From Gallionella sp. (lineage in GTDB: Bacteria; Pseudomonadota; Gammaproteobacteria; Burkholderiales; Gallionellaceae): a stretch of 64,000 nucleotides of DNA. Under the pieces are notes generated by a model. It made no database searches. It was not told where the DNA came from and worked only from the letters and a program-made list of their open reading frames with translations. Where the stretch lies: NCBI GenBank assembly GCA_028687575.1, contig JAQTZW010000015.1, positions 106-64,105 of the forward strand, given 5' to 3'. A program made the position numbers and the translations under genes. Of this stretch, positions 32,715-42,454 are shown piece by piece. Numbering within the stretch: position 1 is the stretch's first letter; each line of letters starts with the position of its first letter.

Positions 32715-33203
32715 TTAGTGCAGGTGGCTACCTTCGTCATGCACATGCTCATGCTCCAGCTCTTCCGCAGTCGCTGCACGCACACCGGTCACGACACAGT
32801 CAAAGGTCAGCGTCTTGCCAGACAGCGGATGATTGCCATCCACGGTAACTTCGTCGTCAGTAACTTCCAGCACAGTGTACAAAATGAAGTCATCTTCTTC
32901 GGATTCGTCAGGACCGCCTTCGAATTGCATGCCAACTTCGACATCCTTCGGGAAGGAGCTACGCGGCTCGACTTCCACCAGGTCGTGATCGTATTCACCG
33001 AACGCATCATCCGGCTGCAGCGTGACAGCGCATGAGTCACCCACGTTCTTGCCATGTAGTGCCTCTTCAACCAGCGGGAAAATGCCGTCATAGCCGCCGT
33101 GCAGGTAGCTGACCGGATCCTGAACCTTTTCCAGAGATTCGCCGGTGGCAGCATCAATCAACTCGTAGCGCAGCGATACTACAGTGTTTTTTTCGATTTT
33201 CAT
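32715..33203 (-). CDS. slyD: FKBP-type peptidyl-prolyl isomerase SlyD
   Basis: YLHGGY, DGNHPLSGKTLTF, RAATAEELEHEHVH. Confidence 0.93.
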   Translation of the reverse strand: MKIEKNTVVSLRYELIDAATGESLEKVQDPVSYLHGGYDGIFPLVEEALHGKNVGDSCAVTLQPDDAFGEYDHDLVEVEPRSSFPKDVEVGMQFEGGPDESEEDDFILYTVLEVTDDEVTVDGNHPLSGKTLTFDCVVTGVRAATAEELEHEHVHDEGSHLH

Positions 33204-33371
33204 TTCAATTCCTTATGCTTTAACTTTGATAATTGCGATTTGGCAGCTACGACGCTTGCAGATGCACGCAGCGCGCATTGTAAACATATTGCCCCCGTCA
33301 TCCTACAAATAATTGCGACAACCCCAGATTACCCATCTCCAGCCCCGCATGGCGCAGCTATAATACTCCGC

Positions 33372-34508
33372 ATGAAAAATACACTCCCCATGCTAGGCAA
33401 TCTCACCGTCAACGAATTCCTGCGCGACTACTGGCAGAAGAAGCCGCTGTTGATACGCGGCGCCTTCCCGGAATTCAACGGCCTGCTCTCCCCCAAAGCC
33501 GCCATCGAACTGGCCTGCACCGAAGACGTACAGGCACGACTGGTGACACAACCCGACGGGCAGTTTGAATTACAACATTCACCGTTCACCGCCCGCGACT
33601 TCAAAGGGCTGAGCAAGATGCCCTGGACGGTGCTGGTGCAGGGGCTGAATCATCATCTGCCTGAAGCTGCTGAGTTGCTGAAACATTTCGACTTCATCCC
33701 GCACACCCGGTTGGATGACCTGATGGTCAGCTACGCGCCCCGTGGTGGTGGCGTCGGCCCGCATTTCGACTCCTACGATGTATTCCTGTTGCAGGGGCTG
33801 GGGCATCGCCGCTGGCAAATCTCCACCCAGTCCGACCACACGCTGATCGAGGGCGCGCCGCTGCGCATCCTGAAAGATTTCAAGGTCGAACAGGAATGGG
33901 TGCTGGCCCCCGGCGACATGCTCTACCTGCCGCCGCACTGCGCCCACAACGGCGTGGCCGAAGACGACTGCATGACCTATTCGATCGGTTTCCGCACCCC
34001 CGCCTACCAGGAGCTGGCCGAGCAATTCCTGATCTACCTGCAAGACCGCATCTGCGTGGAAGGCATGTATGCCGACCCCGACCTGAAGACCCAACCGCAC
34101 CCGTCCGAGATCAGCGCGGCGATGCTGCGCCAAGTGGAACAAGCCATCCGTCAGGTGCGCTGGGATAAGGAAGATGTCGCCAACTTCCTCGGCTGCTACT
34201 TGAGCGAGCCCAAGCCGCACATCTATTTCGAGCCGCCAGAACCACCGCTCAGCGAGAAAAAGTTTCTCAAGGCGATCAACGCGAATGGCCTATTGCTGGA
34301 TCTGAAGTCGCAGCTGCTATGCCACGACAACGATGTCTTTATGAACGGCGAAGCGACGCCCGGTGTAGGTGATGACTACGCACTGTTGCGCGAACTGGCC
34401 GACCGCCGCGCACTTCCCGCGCTGGCGGGAAGCAGTGGCGCAACCTCGGCAGAACTGTGCGGATTGCTATATGAATGGTATCTGGACGGGTTCATTCACC
34501 CCGCCTGA
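33372..34508 (+). CDS. JmjC/cupin ribosomal protein uL16 hydroxylase (RoxA/YcfD-like)
   Basis: FLRDYWQKKPLLIR, RLDDLMVSYA, GVGPHFDSYDVFLLQG, PGDMLYLPP, YSIGFR. Confidence 0.92.
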   Translation: MKNTLPMLGNLTVNEFLRDYWQKKPLLIRGAFPEFNGLLSPKAAIELACTEDVQARLVTQPDGQFELQHSPFTARDFKGLSKMPWTVLVQGLNHHLPEAAELLKHFDFIPHTRLDDLMVSYAPRGGGVGPHFDSYDVFLLQGLGHRRWQISTQSDHTLIEGAPLRILKDFKVEQEWVLAPGDMLYLPPHCAHNGVAEDDCMTYSIGFRTPAYQELAEQFLIYLQDRICVEGMYADPDLKTQPHPSEISAAMLRQVEQAIRQVRWDKEDVANFLGCYLSEPKPHIYFEPPEPPLSEKKFLKAINANGLLLDLKSQLLCHDNDVFMNGEATPGVGDDYALLRELADRRALPALAGSSGATSAELCGLLYEWYLDGFIHPA

Positions 34509-34542
34509 AACAAGCAATAATCCAAAATCATCGGGGGAAATC

Positions 34543-35034
34543 ATGACAGAGGAGAATTTGCAGCACACTCATCTGGACGGCATCGCCGATTACACCGCTG
34601 CGCTTGACAGACTATGCTCACTGGCGCGGCATGACCTCTATCTCTACGAAAGGAATTTCGAAGGTCTGGGCTTCAATTCCGAAGTGCGCTACCAGACATT
34701 ACGCCACTTCCTGCTCGCCAATCCGCTGAATCGCCTGTATATATTGGCAAACGACACACAATACCTCGCCACATTTTGCGCCAGAATAGCGATACTAATG
34801 CGACAGTTCGACAGCCGCATGGCGATACACCGCATCCCCAGCAATCGCCCCCAGGGCAGCGAACCATTCAGTGTGGCCGATAGCACACATTACGTGCGCC
34901 GCTTCCACTTCGATGACCCGCGCGGCATGCTGGCGATTAACGACCCCACGGCTGCCGGGTCGCTGCAATCACGCTTTCACGAGATGTGGTCGGTATCCGT
35001 TCCGGCACTCTCCGTGACCACCCTAGGATTGTGA
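34543..35034 (+). CDS. Conserved hypothetical protein
   Basis: Clean ORF after roxA-like gene; F..AD..HYVRRFHFDDPRG pattern seen in domains often attached to GNATs. Confidence 0.7.
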   Translation: MTEENLQHTHLDGIADYTAALDRLCSLARHDLYLYERNFEGLGFNSEVRYQTLRHFLLANPLNRLYILANDTQYLATFCARIAILMRQFDSRMAIHRIPSNRPQGSEPFSVADSTHYVRRFHFDDPRGMLAINDPTAAGSLQSRFHEMWSVSVPALSVTTLGL

Positions 35035-35159
35035 TAAGAAATAGTTTTCAACCCCCTAGTTTTTTTAAAATTACCTGCTAGAATGCCGCGACTTTGATAC
35101 TGGTTAAACACCGGATCGAGCAAAATTTTTTAACTTTACTTTAACTTAGGAAACTTACT

Positions 35160-35369
35160 ATGAAAATGTCCGTTATCGTTGCTGCTCTGTTGGCTCTGGC
35201 TTTGACTGCTTGTGGCGAAAAAGCTGCTGAAACACCAGCTGCTGTTGAAGCTGCTCCAGCTGCTGCTGAAGCTGCTCCTGCATCCGCTGTTGAAGCTGCA
35301 TCCGCTGTTGAAGCTGCTCCAGCAGCTGACGCTGCTGCTCCAGCTGCTGACGCTGCTGCTGCAAAATAA
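35160..35369 (+). CDS. Small Ala/Glu/Pro-rich lipoprotein (H.8-antigen-like repeats)
   Basis: Lipobox LTAC; AAVEAAP / ASAVEA / AADAA repeats; RBS AGGA and a strong terminator. Confidence 0.85.
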   Translation: MKMSVIVAALLALALTACGEKAAETPAAVEAAPAAAEAAPASAVEAASAVEAAPAADAAAPAADAAAAK

Positions 35370-35392
35370 GCCTAACCGCTTACAGCAACACT

Positions 35393-35423
35393 AAAAGCCG
35401 ACGCAAGTCGGCTTTTTTATTTT
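35393..35423 (+). terminator. Rho-independent terminator
   Basis: AAAAGCCGAC-GCAA-GTCGGCTTTTTTATTTT. Confidence 0.9.
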
Positions 35424-35446
35424 CAGCCACCAGAAAATCCCCTGTC

Positions 35447-36214
35447 TCAAACAATCTCGCGCCAGTCGAAGCCGTGCTGCTGGCACGCAACCCCCACCCA
35501 CTCCTTCTCGCAATCCAGCACCTGACAAAGCGCGCTGACCGCCAACTCGGGAAGATTATTCTGCTCGCTGATGTGCGCCGCAACGATATGCTGTAACTGA
35601 CGGGTATCCAGATTTGCCAGAATGTCAGCCGCCTGTAGATTACTCAAATGCCCCAGCCTGCCGCCGACGCGCTGTTTCAGACGGTAGTGATATTCGCCGT
35701 TACGCAACATTTCGCTGTCGTGATTGCATTCCAGCACCAGCGCGTGACACCCTTCCAGCATGGAGAGGATGTGCGGGGTACTACATCCGGCATCGGTCAG
35801 CACGCCCAAACGCTTTGCACCATCAGAAAATACAAATTGCACCGGCTCGGTCGCATCGTGGGGCACGGGATAGGGATGTATTTCGATATCGCCAATGGCG
35901 AAGCGCTGATGAGGATCGATCTCGCGAAGTCCAGAAATATCAGCGAATAATTTGGGTTGTGCGCGCAATGTGCCGTGAGTCAACCAAACCGGCAAGCCAA
36001 ATTTTCGCGCCAAGCGCGCCACCCCGCCGATATGATCGCCATGTTCATGGGTGACCAGTATGCCATCCAGCTGTTCCGCCACCATACCCAAGCGTGCCAG
36101 ACGCTGGCAACAGTCATGCAAACCGAAGCCACAGTCGAGCATCACGCTGCTGCCGCCCACTTGCACCAGCAACGCATTACCCTTGCTGCCACTACCTAGC
36201 GAAGCAAACCTCAT
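35447..36214 (-). CDS. MBL-fold metallo-hydrolase (YycJ/PhnP-like)
   Basis: SLGSGSKGN, THEHGDH, LECNHD, GHLSN, AHIS. Confidence 0.93.
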   Translation of the reverse strand: MRFASLGSGSKGNALLVQVGGSSVMLDCGFGLHDCCQRLARLGMVAEQLDGILVTHEHGDHIGGVARLARKFGLPVWLTHGTLRAQPKLFADISGLREIDPHQRFAIGDIEIHPYPVPHDATEPVQFVFSDGAKRLGVLTDAGCSTPHILSMLEGCHALVLECNHDSEMLRNGEYHYRLKQRVGGRLGHLSNLQAADILANLDTRQLQHIVAAHISEQNNLPELAVSALCQVLDCEKEWVGVACQQHGFDWREIV

Positions 36215-36293
36215 CTGTTTATCACTCGGTAAAACGGCGATGGCGCGGCAGCTGTCACCAGCCTGCCGCGCCATCGCCTGTCAGGACATACTG

Positions 36294-37463
36294 TTACTGG
36301 TTGATGTTCTTGTAGATGGCCTCGATGCGCTGCTTGCTGCCTTCAATCGCGACACCATTCTGATCGGTGACAGACACCTCGCAAGCATGGCCTGCATCCT
36401 TGACGTTGACGCGGAAACGCAGCGAGCTTTCGTCATCGTTCCAGAATTCCAACGATTCCAGCCAGCCTTTTTCCTTCTTCTCGGCGCTCAAATAGTAAAT
36501 GCCCTTTTCACGATCCTTGTCTTCGACTGACAATCCGGCACGATCAATTGCCAGACCTACCCTGCGCCAGCTCTTATCGAAGGGATCATTGATGACGATA
36601 ATCCGGCTGCCATCGAATATCTCAAGCAGGCTGGCAGTTCCCGTTGACGGACCGGACGTATCTTCGGCCGCAATGGCTGCTGCCCCGCCCGCTACCGGCT
36701 CACCACCAGGGGCTGTTGCTCCAGCGACCGCTATTGCAGTCTGTGACGGCGTACCGCCGAAGCGCACCATCAGGCGTTGCAGCATCTCTGCTTCCAGCTC
36801 GGGATCGCTCTCACGAGTCTGCCACTTGGAGGAGCTGCCGTCCGCATCCATCATCTCTTCCTTGCCGCGATGCGTGATGTAGACTTCGGTGCCTGCGCCA
36901 TCCTTGCTGCGTTCCATACGCACGCGATATTGGTCGAGCTGATTGGACGAATACATGCCGTCAAACACCTTGCCGATCATTTCACGCACCACGCCCTGCG
37001 GGATGCTGGCGCGGTTTTCCGCCCACTCGGTCTCGATGATGCCGGCAGCAGCATCCTCACGTTTGATATTCAGACCAGTCTCGCGCAAGAAGGTCTTGAC
37101 CACTGGCCAGACATTCTCCGGACTATCCTGCACCAGCAACCAGCGTTGTGCGCCGCTGCGTTGCAGACTAACGCCCTTGACCGTCGGCAGCACTGCGCTG
37201 GCAGTAGCGCGATGCGACCCTGCACCGGCCGCATTGTGGTTATAGTCGGAATAAGTTGCGACCGCAACACCTTCGCCACCCGCCACCTTGTAGCGGTCAT
37301 CGGTTTCCGGCACGGTCAAATCAGGCGGGACTTCGATGGATGGCACCTGCTCGGCACCAGCACGATAATCAATGCGCTGCGTACCCAGCCCCACCGCACT
37401 GCAACCCACCACCGAAACCAGCACCGCGCTGGCAATCCCGACATGCAATACTTTCATATTCAT
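36294..37463 (-). CDS. bamC: Outer-membrane assembly lipoprotein BamC (NlpB/DapX)
   Basis: Lipobox VGC; IEVPPDLT, IIETEWAENRA, DKDREKGIYY; downstream of dapA. Confidence 0.9.
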   Translation of the reverse strand: MNMKVLHVGIASAVLVSVVGCSAVGLGTQRIDYRAGAEQVPSIEVPPDLTVPETDDRYKVAGGEGVAVATYSDYNHNAAGAGSHRATASAVLPTVKGVSLQRSGAQRWLLVQDSPENVWPVVKTFLRETGLNIKREDAAAGIIETEWAENRASIPQGVVREMIGKVFDGMYSSNQLDQYRVRMERSKDGAGTEVYITHRGKEEMMDADGSSSKWQTRESDPELEAEMLQRLMVRFGGTPSQTAIAVAGATAPGGEPVAGGAAAIAAEDTSGPSTGTASLLEIFDGSRIIVINDPFDKSWRRVGLAIDRAGLSVEDKDREKGIYYLSAEKKEKGWLESLEFWNDDESSLRFRVNVKDAGHACEVSVTDQNGVAIEGSKQRIEAIYKNINQ

Positions 37464-37478
37464 TTCCCCAACTTCCTA

Positions 37479-38360
37479 TTAATCTGTAAGTACACCAGCT
37501 TGAAGCATGGCCTGTTCAACGATGCCCTGCACACCCGCCGATAGCGGAGTCAAGGGCAAGCGCAACGCGCCCCCGGCCTTGCCCATCCGTGCGACCGCCC
37601 ATTTGACCGGGATCGGGTTGGCCTCAACGAACAGGTGGCGATGCAGCCCCAACAAGCGGAAGTTGATCTCGCGCGCACCAGCAACATCGCCATTCAGCGC
37701 TGCCATGCACATTTCGTGCATCAACTTCGGCGCCACGTTGGCAGTGACAGAGATCGTGCCGTGCGCACCCAGCAGCATCAGCGCCAGCGTACTGGCATCG
37801 TCACCACTGTAGATGGCGAAATCCTTGGGCGCACGTGCCAACAGGTCGCTGCCGCGCTCAATGTTGCCAGTCGCATCCTTGATGCCAACGATGTTCGGAA
37901 TCTGCGCCAGTCGCAACACCGTGTCGTTGCTCATGTCGGCAACCGTGCGGCCCGGTACGTTATACAGGATATGCGGCATATCCACCGCTTCGGCGATGGC
38001 CTTGAAGTGCAGGTACAAACCTTCCTGGGTGGGTTTATTGTAGTAGGGCACCACAGTTAGCGAAGCGTCAGCGCCGGCACGTCTGGAAAACTCAGCCAAC
38101 TCAATTGCCTCACGGGTAGAGTTCGCACCCGTGCCGGCGATGACCGGAATACGACCAGCTGCATGTTTGACCGCCTCGGCAATCAGCGACTCGTGCTCTT
38201 CGAAATCGACGGTCGGCGACTCGCCGGTAGTGCCAACCACCACGATGCCGTCAGTCCCCTGTTCGATATGAAAATCTATCAGTCCACGGAAAGCGGCCAT
38301 ATCCAGGCTGCCGTCCTCATGCATAGGTGTAACGATTGCAACAATACTGCCCTTGATCAT
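37479..38360 (-). CDS. dapA: 4-hydroxy-tetrahydrodipicolinate synthase
   Basis: [34 protein letters not shown]. Confidence 0.99.
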   Translation of the reverse strand: MIKGSIVAIVTPMHEDGSLDMAAFRGLIDFHIEQGTDGIVVVGTTGESPTVDFEEHESLIAEAVKHAAGRIPVIAGTGANSTREAIELAEFSRRAGADASLTVVPYYNKPTQEGLYLHFKAIAEAVDMPHILYNVPGRTVADMSNDTVLRLAQIPNIVGIKDATGNIERGSDLLARAPKDFAIYSGDDASTLALMLLGAHGTISVTANVAPKLMHEMCMAALNGDVAGAREINFRLLGLHRHLFVEANPIPVKWAVARMGKAGGALRLPLTPLSAGVQGIVEQAMLQAGVLTD

Positions 38361-38506
38361 CCCGGTTCCCATTTTCCTGGCAAGAAAAAGCAAAGGCCGC
38401 ATTCTAACTCAAGGATGCGGCAGGCGATACTCGACACACAGCTAAATAGCGTCATTTCTCCACCGACACAAGGCTCACGCGACAAAAAGCTTAAGGCTGT
38501 GAAATA

Positions 38507-38770
38507 ATGCCGGCAATGTCGAATCCAACCCCCTCCATGACTGCCACCACGCTTGACAACCTGCACTGCGGCGAAATCGCGACCGTGGTCGAGATCCATG
38601 CCGAAGAAGCACTGCATCAGCGCCTGCTCGCGCTCGGCTTCCGTAGTGGGAGGCAAATTGAACTGATACGCAAGGCAAGCTTCTCCGGGCCGCTACAAGT
38701 TCGCATCGGAACCACCGACATCCTGCTGCGCCTGAATGAGGCTGCCAAAATCAAGGTGTGCCAGGCATGA
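38507..38770 (+). CDS. feoA: Ferrous iron transport protein A
   Basis: QRLLALGF...GPLQVRIG SH3-like domain; precedes feoB. Confidence 0.92.
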   Translation: MPAMSNPTPSMTATTLDNLHCGEIATVVEIHAEEALHQRLLALGFRSGRQIELIRKASFSGPLQVRIGTTDILLRLNEAAKIKVCQA

Positions 38771-40554
38771 AGCGCATTGCATTACTGGGTATGCCCAACA
38801 CGGGAAAATCCACCCTGTTCAACCGCCTCACCGGCGGGGCGGCAAGGGTAGGTAACTGGCCCGGCATCACCGTCGAACTGCTCAGCGGCAAGATCTTGCT
38901 GGGAGGTGACATGGTGGAAATCATAGACCTGCCCGGCATCTACGACCTGCACGGCTTCTCCGATGATGAACAGGTGGTACGCCACTTCCTGCACGACAAC
39001 GTCCCCGACTTGGCGCTGATCATCCTCAACGCCACCCAGATCGAGCGCCAGATGAGCCTGTTGCTGCAACTCAAGCAGCTCAATATGAACATGGTAGTGC
39101 TGCTCAACATGTCGGATGAAGCCAGGAAATACGGCATCACCATAGACAGCGCGAAAATGGAAGAACTGTTGGGCGTGCCCATTTTCCAACTCAGCGGTAA
39201 ATACGGCACCGGCTATCACGAAGCGTTACAGGCAGTGACCCGCGCCTTGCGCTACCCCACCCCCGGCATGGCGGCACAAGTCCGCAGCAAGCTGGAAGAG
39301 GATGAACAGATTGAGCAGGAGATGGCTCGCGTACTGAAATATTCGGTACAAATTCCCGCGCAGCTACCCGAAAATCTTACCGAGAAGCTCGACCGCGTGA
39401 TGTTACATCCGTTGTTCGGTCTGCCGATCTTCTTTGGCATCATGTATTTGCTGTTTCAGGGTATTTTTCTGCTGGGCCTGCCGCTGCAAAGCGGCATTGC
39501 CATGCTACTTGAGTGGCTGCATAACGCCGCGATCGCGCCCGCGCTCAACAATCTGCCACCGTTCTGGCACGGGCTACTGCTGGATGGCCTCTACAACGGT
39601 GTCGCCACCGTCGCGGCGTTCGTGCCCATCATCGTGCTGTTTTTTCTGATGATGGCAATAGTCGAAGACAGTGGCTATTTGTCGCGCGCCGCCTTTTTGA
39701 TGGATGCGCTGATGGCCAGGATGGGACTGGACGGACGCGGCTTCGTGATGCTGCTAATGGGCTTCGGCTGCAACGTGCCGGCACTGATGGGTACGCGAGT
39801 GATGCGCTCCCGCTCGATGCGGCTATTGACCATGCTGGTGATTCCATTCTCGTTATGTTCGGCGCGCTTGCAGGTATTCGTGTTCATCACCGCCGCGCTG
39901 TTCTCGCCTAAAGCTGCACCATTGGTGCTATTCAGTCTGTACCTGTTCAGTTTTGCCAGTGCCATCCTGACTGCCCTGCTGTTCAAGGGAAAGTTCAAGA
40001 ACAACGAACCCTTCGTGCTGGAACTCCCCCCTTACCGCTTCCCGACCGCCCGCCAGATGGTGTTACGTGGCTGGCTGGAAGTGACACATTTCCTGCGGCG
40101 CGCCAGCCAGTTCATCATCGCCGGCGTGGTACTGGTCTGGCTGCTCACCCACCTGCCGCTGTCCGCCGCGCCAGCCAGTCCAGACAGCTACGCGGGCATA
40201 CTGGGGGCTTGGCTGCACCCACTGTTCGCTCCGCTTGGCATCAATGAACAACTCACCATTGCGCTGATCTTCGGCTTCGTCGCCAAGGAGATCGTCATCG
40301 GCTCACTGGCTGTGATTTATGGACTAAGCGGCGATGCCTTGAGTGGCGTATTGGGTCAACAGCTGGACTGGGTGCAAGCTTATAGCTTCATGCTGTTTAC
40401 GCTGGTCTACATGCCCTGCTTGTCCACCATTGCCACCTTGAAAAGTGAATCGAACCACAAAGGGTTCACTTTTTTCAGCATAATCTGGTCTCTGGCACTG
40501 GCTTGGCTGCTGAGTTTCGCGTTCTATCAGGGCGCAAGGGCGCTAGGCTATTGA
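38767..40554 (+). CDS. feoB: Ferrous iron transport protein B
   Basis: GMPNTGKS, NWPGITVE, DLPGIY, GFGCNVPA, CSARL, FVLELPPY. Confidence 0.98.
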   Translation: MKRIALLGMPNTGKSTLFNRLTGGAARVGNWPGITVELLSGKILLGGDMVEIIDLPGIYDLHGFSDDEQVVRHFLHDNVPDLALIILNATQIERQMSLLLQLKQLNMNMVVLLNMSDEARKYGITIDSAKMEELLGVPIFQLSGKYGTGYHEALQAVTRALRYPTPGMAAQVRSKLEEDEQIEQEMARVLKYSVQIPAQLPENLTEKLDRVMLHPLFGLPIFFGIMYLLFQGIFLLGLPLQSGIAMLLEWLHNAAIAPALNNLPPFWHGLLLDGLYNGVATVAAFVPIIVLFFLMMAIVEDSGYLSRAAFLMDALMARMGLDGRGFVMLLMGFGCNVPALMGTRVMRSRSMRLLTMLVIPFSLCSARLQVFVFITAALFSPKAAPLVLFSLYLFSFASAILTALLFKGKFKNNEPFVLELPPYRFPTARQMVLRGWLEVTHFLRRASQFIIAGVVLVWLLTHLPLSAAPASPDSYAGILGAWLHPLFAPLGINEQLTIALIFGFVAKEIVIGSLAVIYGLSGDALSGVLGQQLDWVQAYSFMLFTLVYMPCLSTIATLKSESNHKGFTFFSIIWSLALAWLLSFAFYQGARALGY

Positions 40555-40604
40555 ACAACCGACCGGACACACCGCAACCACCCAAATTCGAGGAAGTTTG
40601 AAAA

Positions 40605-41813
40605 GTGAGTGAAAAGGATTGCAACGGGCGGTCTCCCGCCTGGCCATCGTTTCCCATGCTGACCCGGCCCCAACGCCTGTTCGGGGCTGTGCTGTTTTTC
40701 ATACTGCTCGACCTGACGATATTGCTGATCAACTACCAGATCGCTTACCAGGTTTCCAGAGATGCGGTGGCAATCAACCTGGCAGGCCGGCAACGCATGC
40801 TCTCACAACGCATGACCAAAGCCCTACTGCAACTGGAACATCCCGAATACGGCGACCCTGCCACCGCAGAACAGGAATTCCGGGCCGCCATGCTGGCATT
40901 CGACCAGACCCTTGATGCGTTTGACCGGGGTGGCGCGGCGGCAGGCGGCAGCAACGAATTGGTCATCCTGCAGGCAGTTCATGGCCCATCGGTGCCGCTG
41001 GTCAAGCAAGCTCTGCAAGTCTGGCAACCGATACATGACGCGCTATTGCCCTATGTGTCAGCGCGATCCCCCATTCCGCCCGCCAAACTGGCAGAGGCGC
41101 GCGATTTGATGCTGCAACGCAACCTGAAACTGCTGGAACTGATGAACAGCCTGACCTCCAAACTTGAGCAGGACTCGCGCGATCGCGCCGACACCCTGCG
41201 CACCACACAGACAGTAATCTTCCTGTTGGCACTGCTCAACTTCGTCGGCATCGTCCGAGGATTCCACCTATTGGCCAGACAGGCGACCCAAAACAGTCAA
41301 CGCTTCGACGAGTTAGCCAGACGCGATCCATTGACCGGACTGTTCAATCGACGCCAGTTTGGCGAAGTGCTTGAGCGTGAAGCCAACACCGCGCGGCGGC
41401 ACCACGACGGCTTTGCCCTGCTGATGATAGATCTGGACAACTTCAAGCCCATCAACGACCTGCATGGCCATGCGGCTGGCGACACGGTATTGCGGACGAT
41501 CGCCGCCAGACTGACCTCCCATGCCCGCACACACGACACCATCGCCCGTATCGGCGGCGACGAGTTCGTGCTGATCTGCCCGGACTTGTGTAGCGAACAA
41601 GCGGCAGCCGACCTCTGCGAACGCCTGCTGACTTCAATCAACGAGGCAATAGATGTCAGCACAGGATCGGTCACTGTCGGGGCCAGCATCGGCATTGCCT
41701 TCTTTCCCGTCAACGGAGATAAAGTTGAAGAAGTCATTTGCGAGGCAGACAAGGCGATGTATCAGGCCAAGCACACCGGGCGCAATAATTGGGTATTCGC
41801 CGCGGACAGTTAA
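40605..41813 (+). CDS. Diguanylate cyclase with periplasmic NarX/PilJ-type sensor domain
   Basis: Two TMs; AINLAGRQRMLSQRM P-box-like motif; RTHD I-site, GGDEF. Confidence 0.92.
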   Translation: MSEKDCNGRSPAWPSFPMLTRPQRLFGAVLFFILLDLTILLINYQIAYQVSRDAVAINLAGRQRMLSQRMTKALLQLEHPEYGDPATAEQEFRAAMLAFDQTLDAFDRGGAAAGGSNELVILQAVHGPSVPLVKQALQVWQPIHDALLPYVSARSPIPPAKLAEARDLMLQRNLKLLELMNSLTSKLEQDSRDRADTLRTTQTVIFLLALLNFVGIVRGFHLLARQATQNSQRFDELARRDPLTGLFNRRQFGEVLEREANTARRHHDGFALLMIDLDNFKPINDLHGHAAGDTVLRTIAARLTSHARTHDTIARIGGDEFVLICPDLCSEQAAADLCERLLTSINEAIDVSTGSVTVGASIGIAFFPVNGDKVEEVICEADKAMYQAKHTGRNNWVFAADS

Positions 41814-41882
41814 CAGAACCCCTGGCGGCCTTTACAATTGGCCCCGCACCAACTGAGAAACGCACATCACAGGAGAGCAGCA

Positions 41883-42302
41883 ATGGATTTTATTTCATGG
41901 TCGGTATTCGGCATCTTATTCATCCTCGCCCAGTTTTCCATCAGGACTCCCTACCTCACGGCCATCGGTCTGGCTTTCATCTACCCCGCCGTGGCCGACT
42001 TCCTGCATGCCTCGATGGTCACCCAAGTCATCGCACTGGTGGTCGGCGTTACCATACATTGCTTTATCGCCTATCTGCTGGGCAAAGGAAAATCCGCCCC
42101 GCAATCAGGCAATAGCCGAAGTGATGTGGGGCAACGCGTGGAAGTAATAGAGTGGCTGGACGAGGGCACGGCACGGGTGATGTACGAAGGCCGCGAGTGG
42201 GTCGCCGACAAGGCCATGAGCGAAATGCCCGATGCCGACCATGGCACCATCAAGACCGTGCAATACGGTCGCCTGATCATTACCACCGAGCGCAATTCCT
42301 AG
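41883..42302 (+). CDS. NfeD-like small membrane protein
   Basis: Hydrophobic N-terminus plus OB-fold-like C-terminus (GTARVMYEGREWVA). Confidence 0.7.
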   Translation: MDFISWSVFGILFILAQFSIRTPYLTAIGLAFIYPAVADFLHASMVTQVIALVVGVTIHCFIAYLLGKGKSAPQSGNSRSDVGQRVEVIEWLDEGTARVMYEGREWVADKAMSEMPDADHGTIKTVQYGRLIITTERNS

Positions 42303-42454
42303 CCGCCACCATGCCGATATCCAGGTACGGTGTGGAGAAACCCTACCTTGCCCCCTCAAGTTTTCCAGACAATGGACGTAAAGCAGTGATATGCCCGAAA
42401 TATCGGGTATGAATAGCCCCCTATCTGCGTGCCATCGAATGTGAGAACCAAAAT

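Noticed and set aside
41883-42302. Orphan NfeD-like gene without an SPFH partner as a novel system
   Set aside because: Solitary short NfeD genes are common, and nothing else here supports special significance.
42294-42320. Sigma-28 promoter before the PAS-GGDEF gene
   Set aside because: GCCGATAT is present, but there is no acceptable -35 element at the right spacing.
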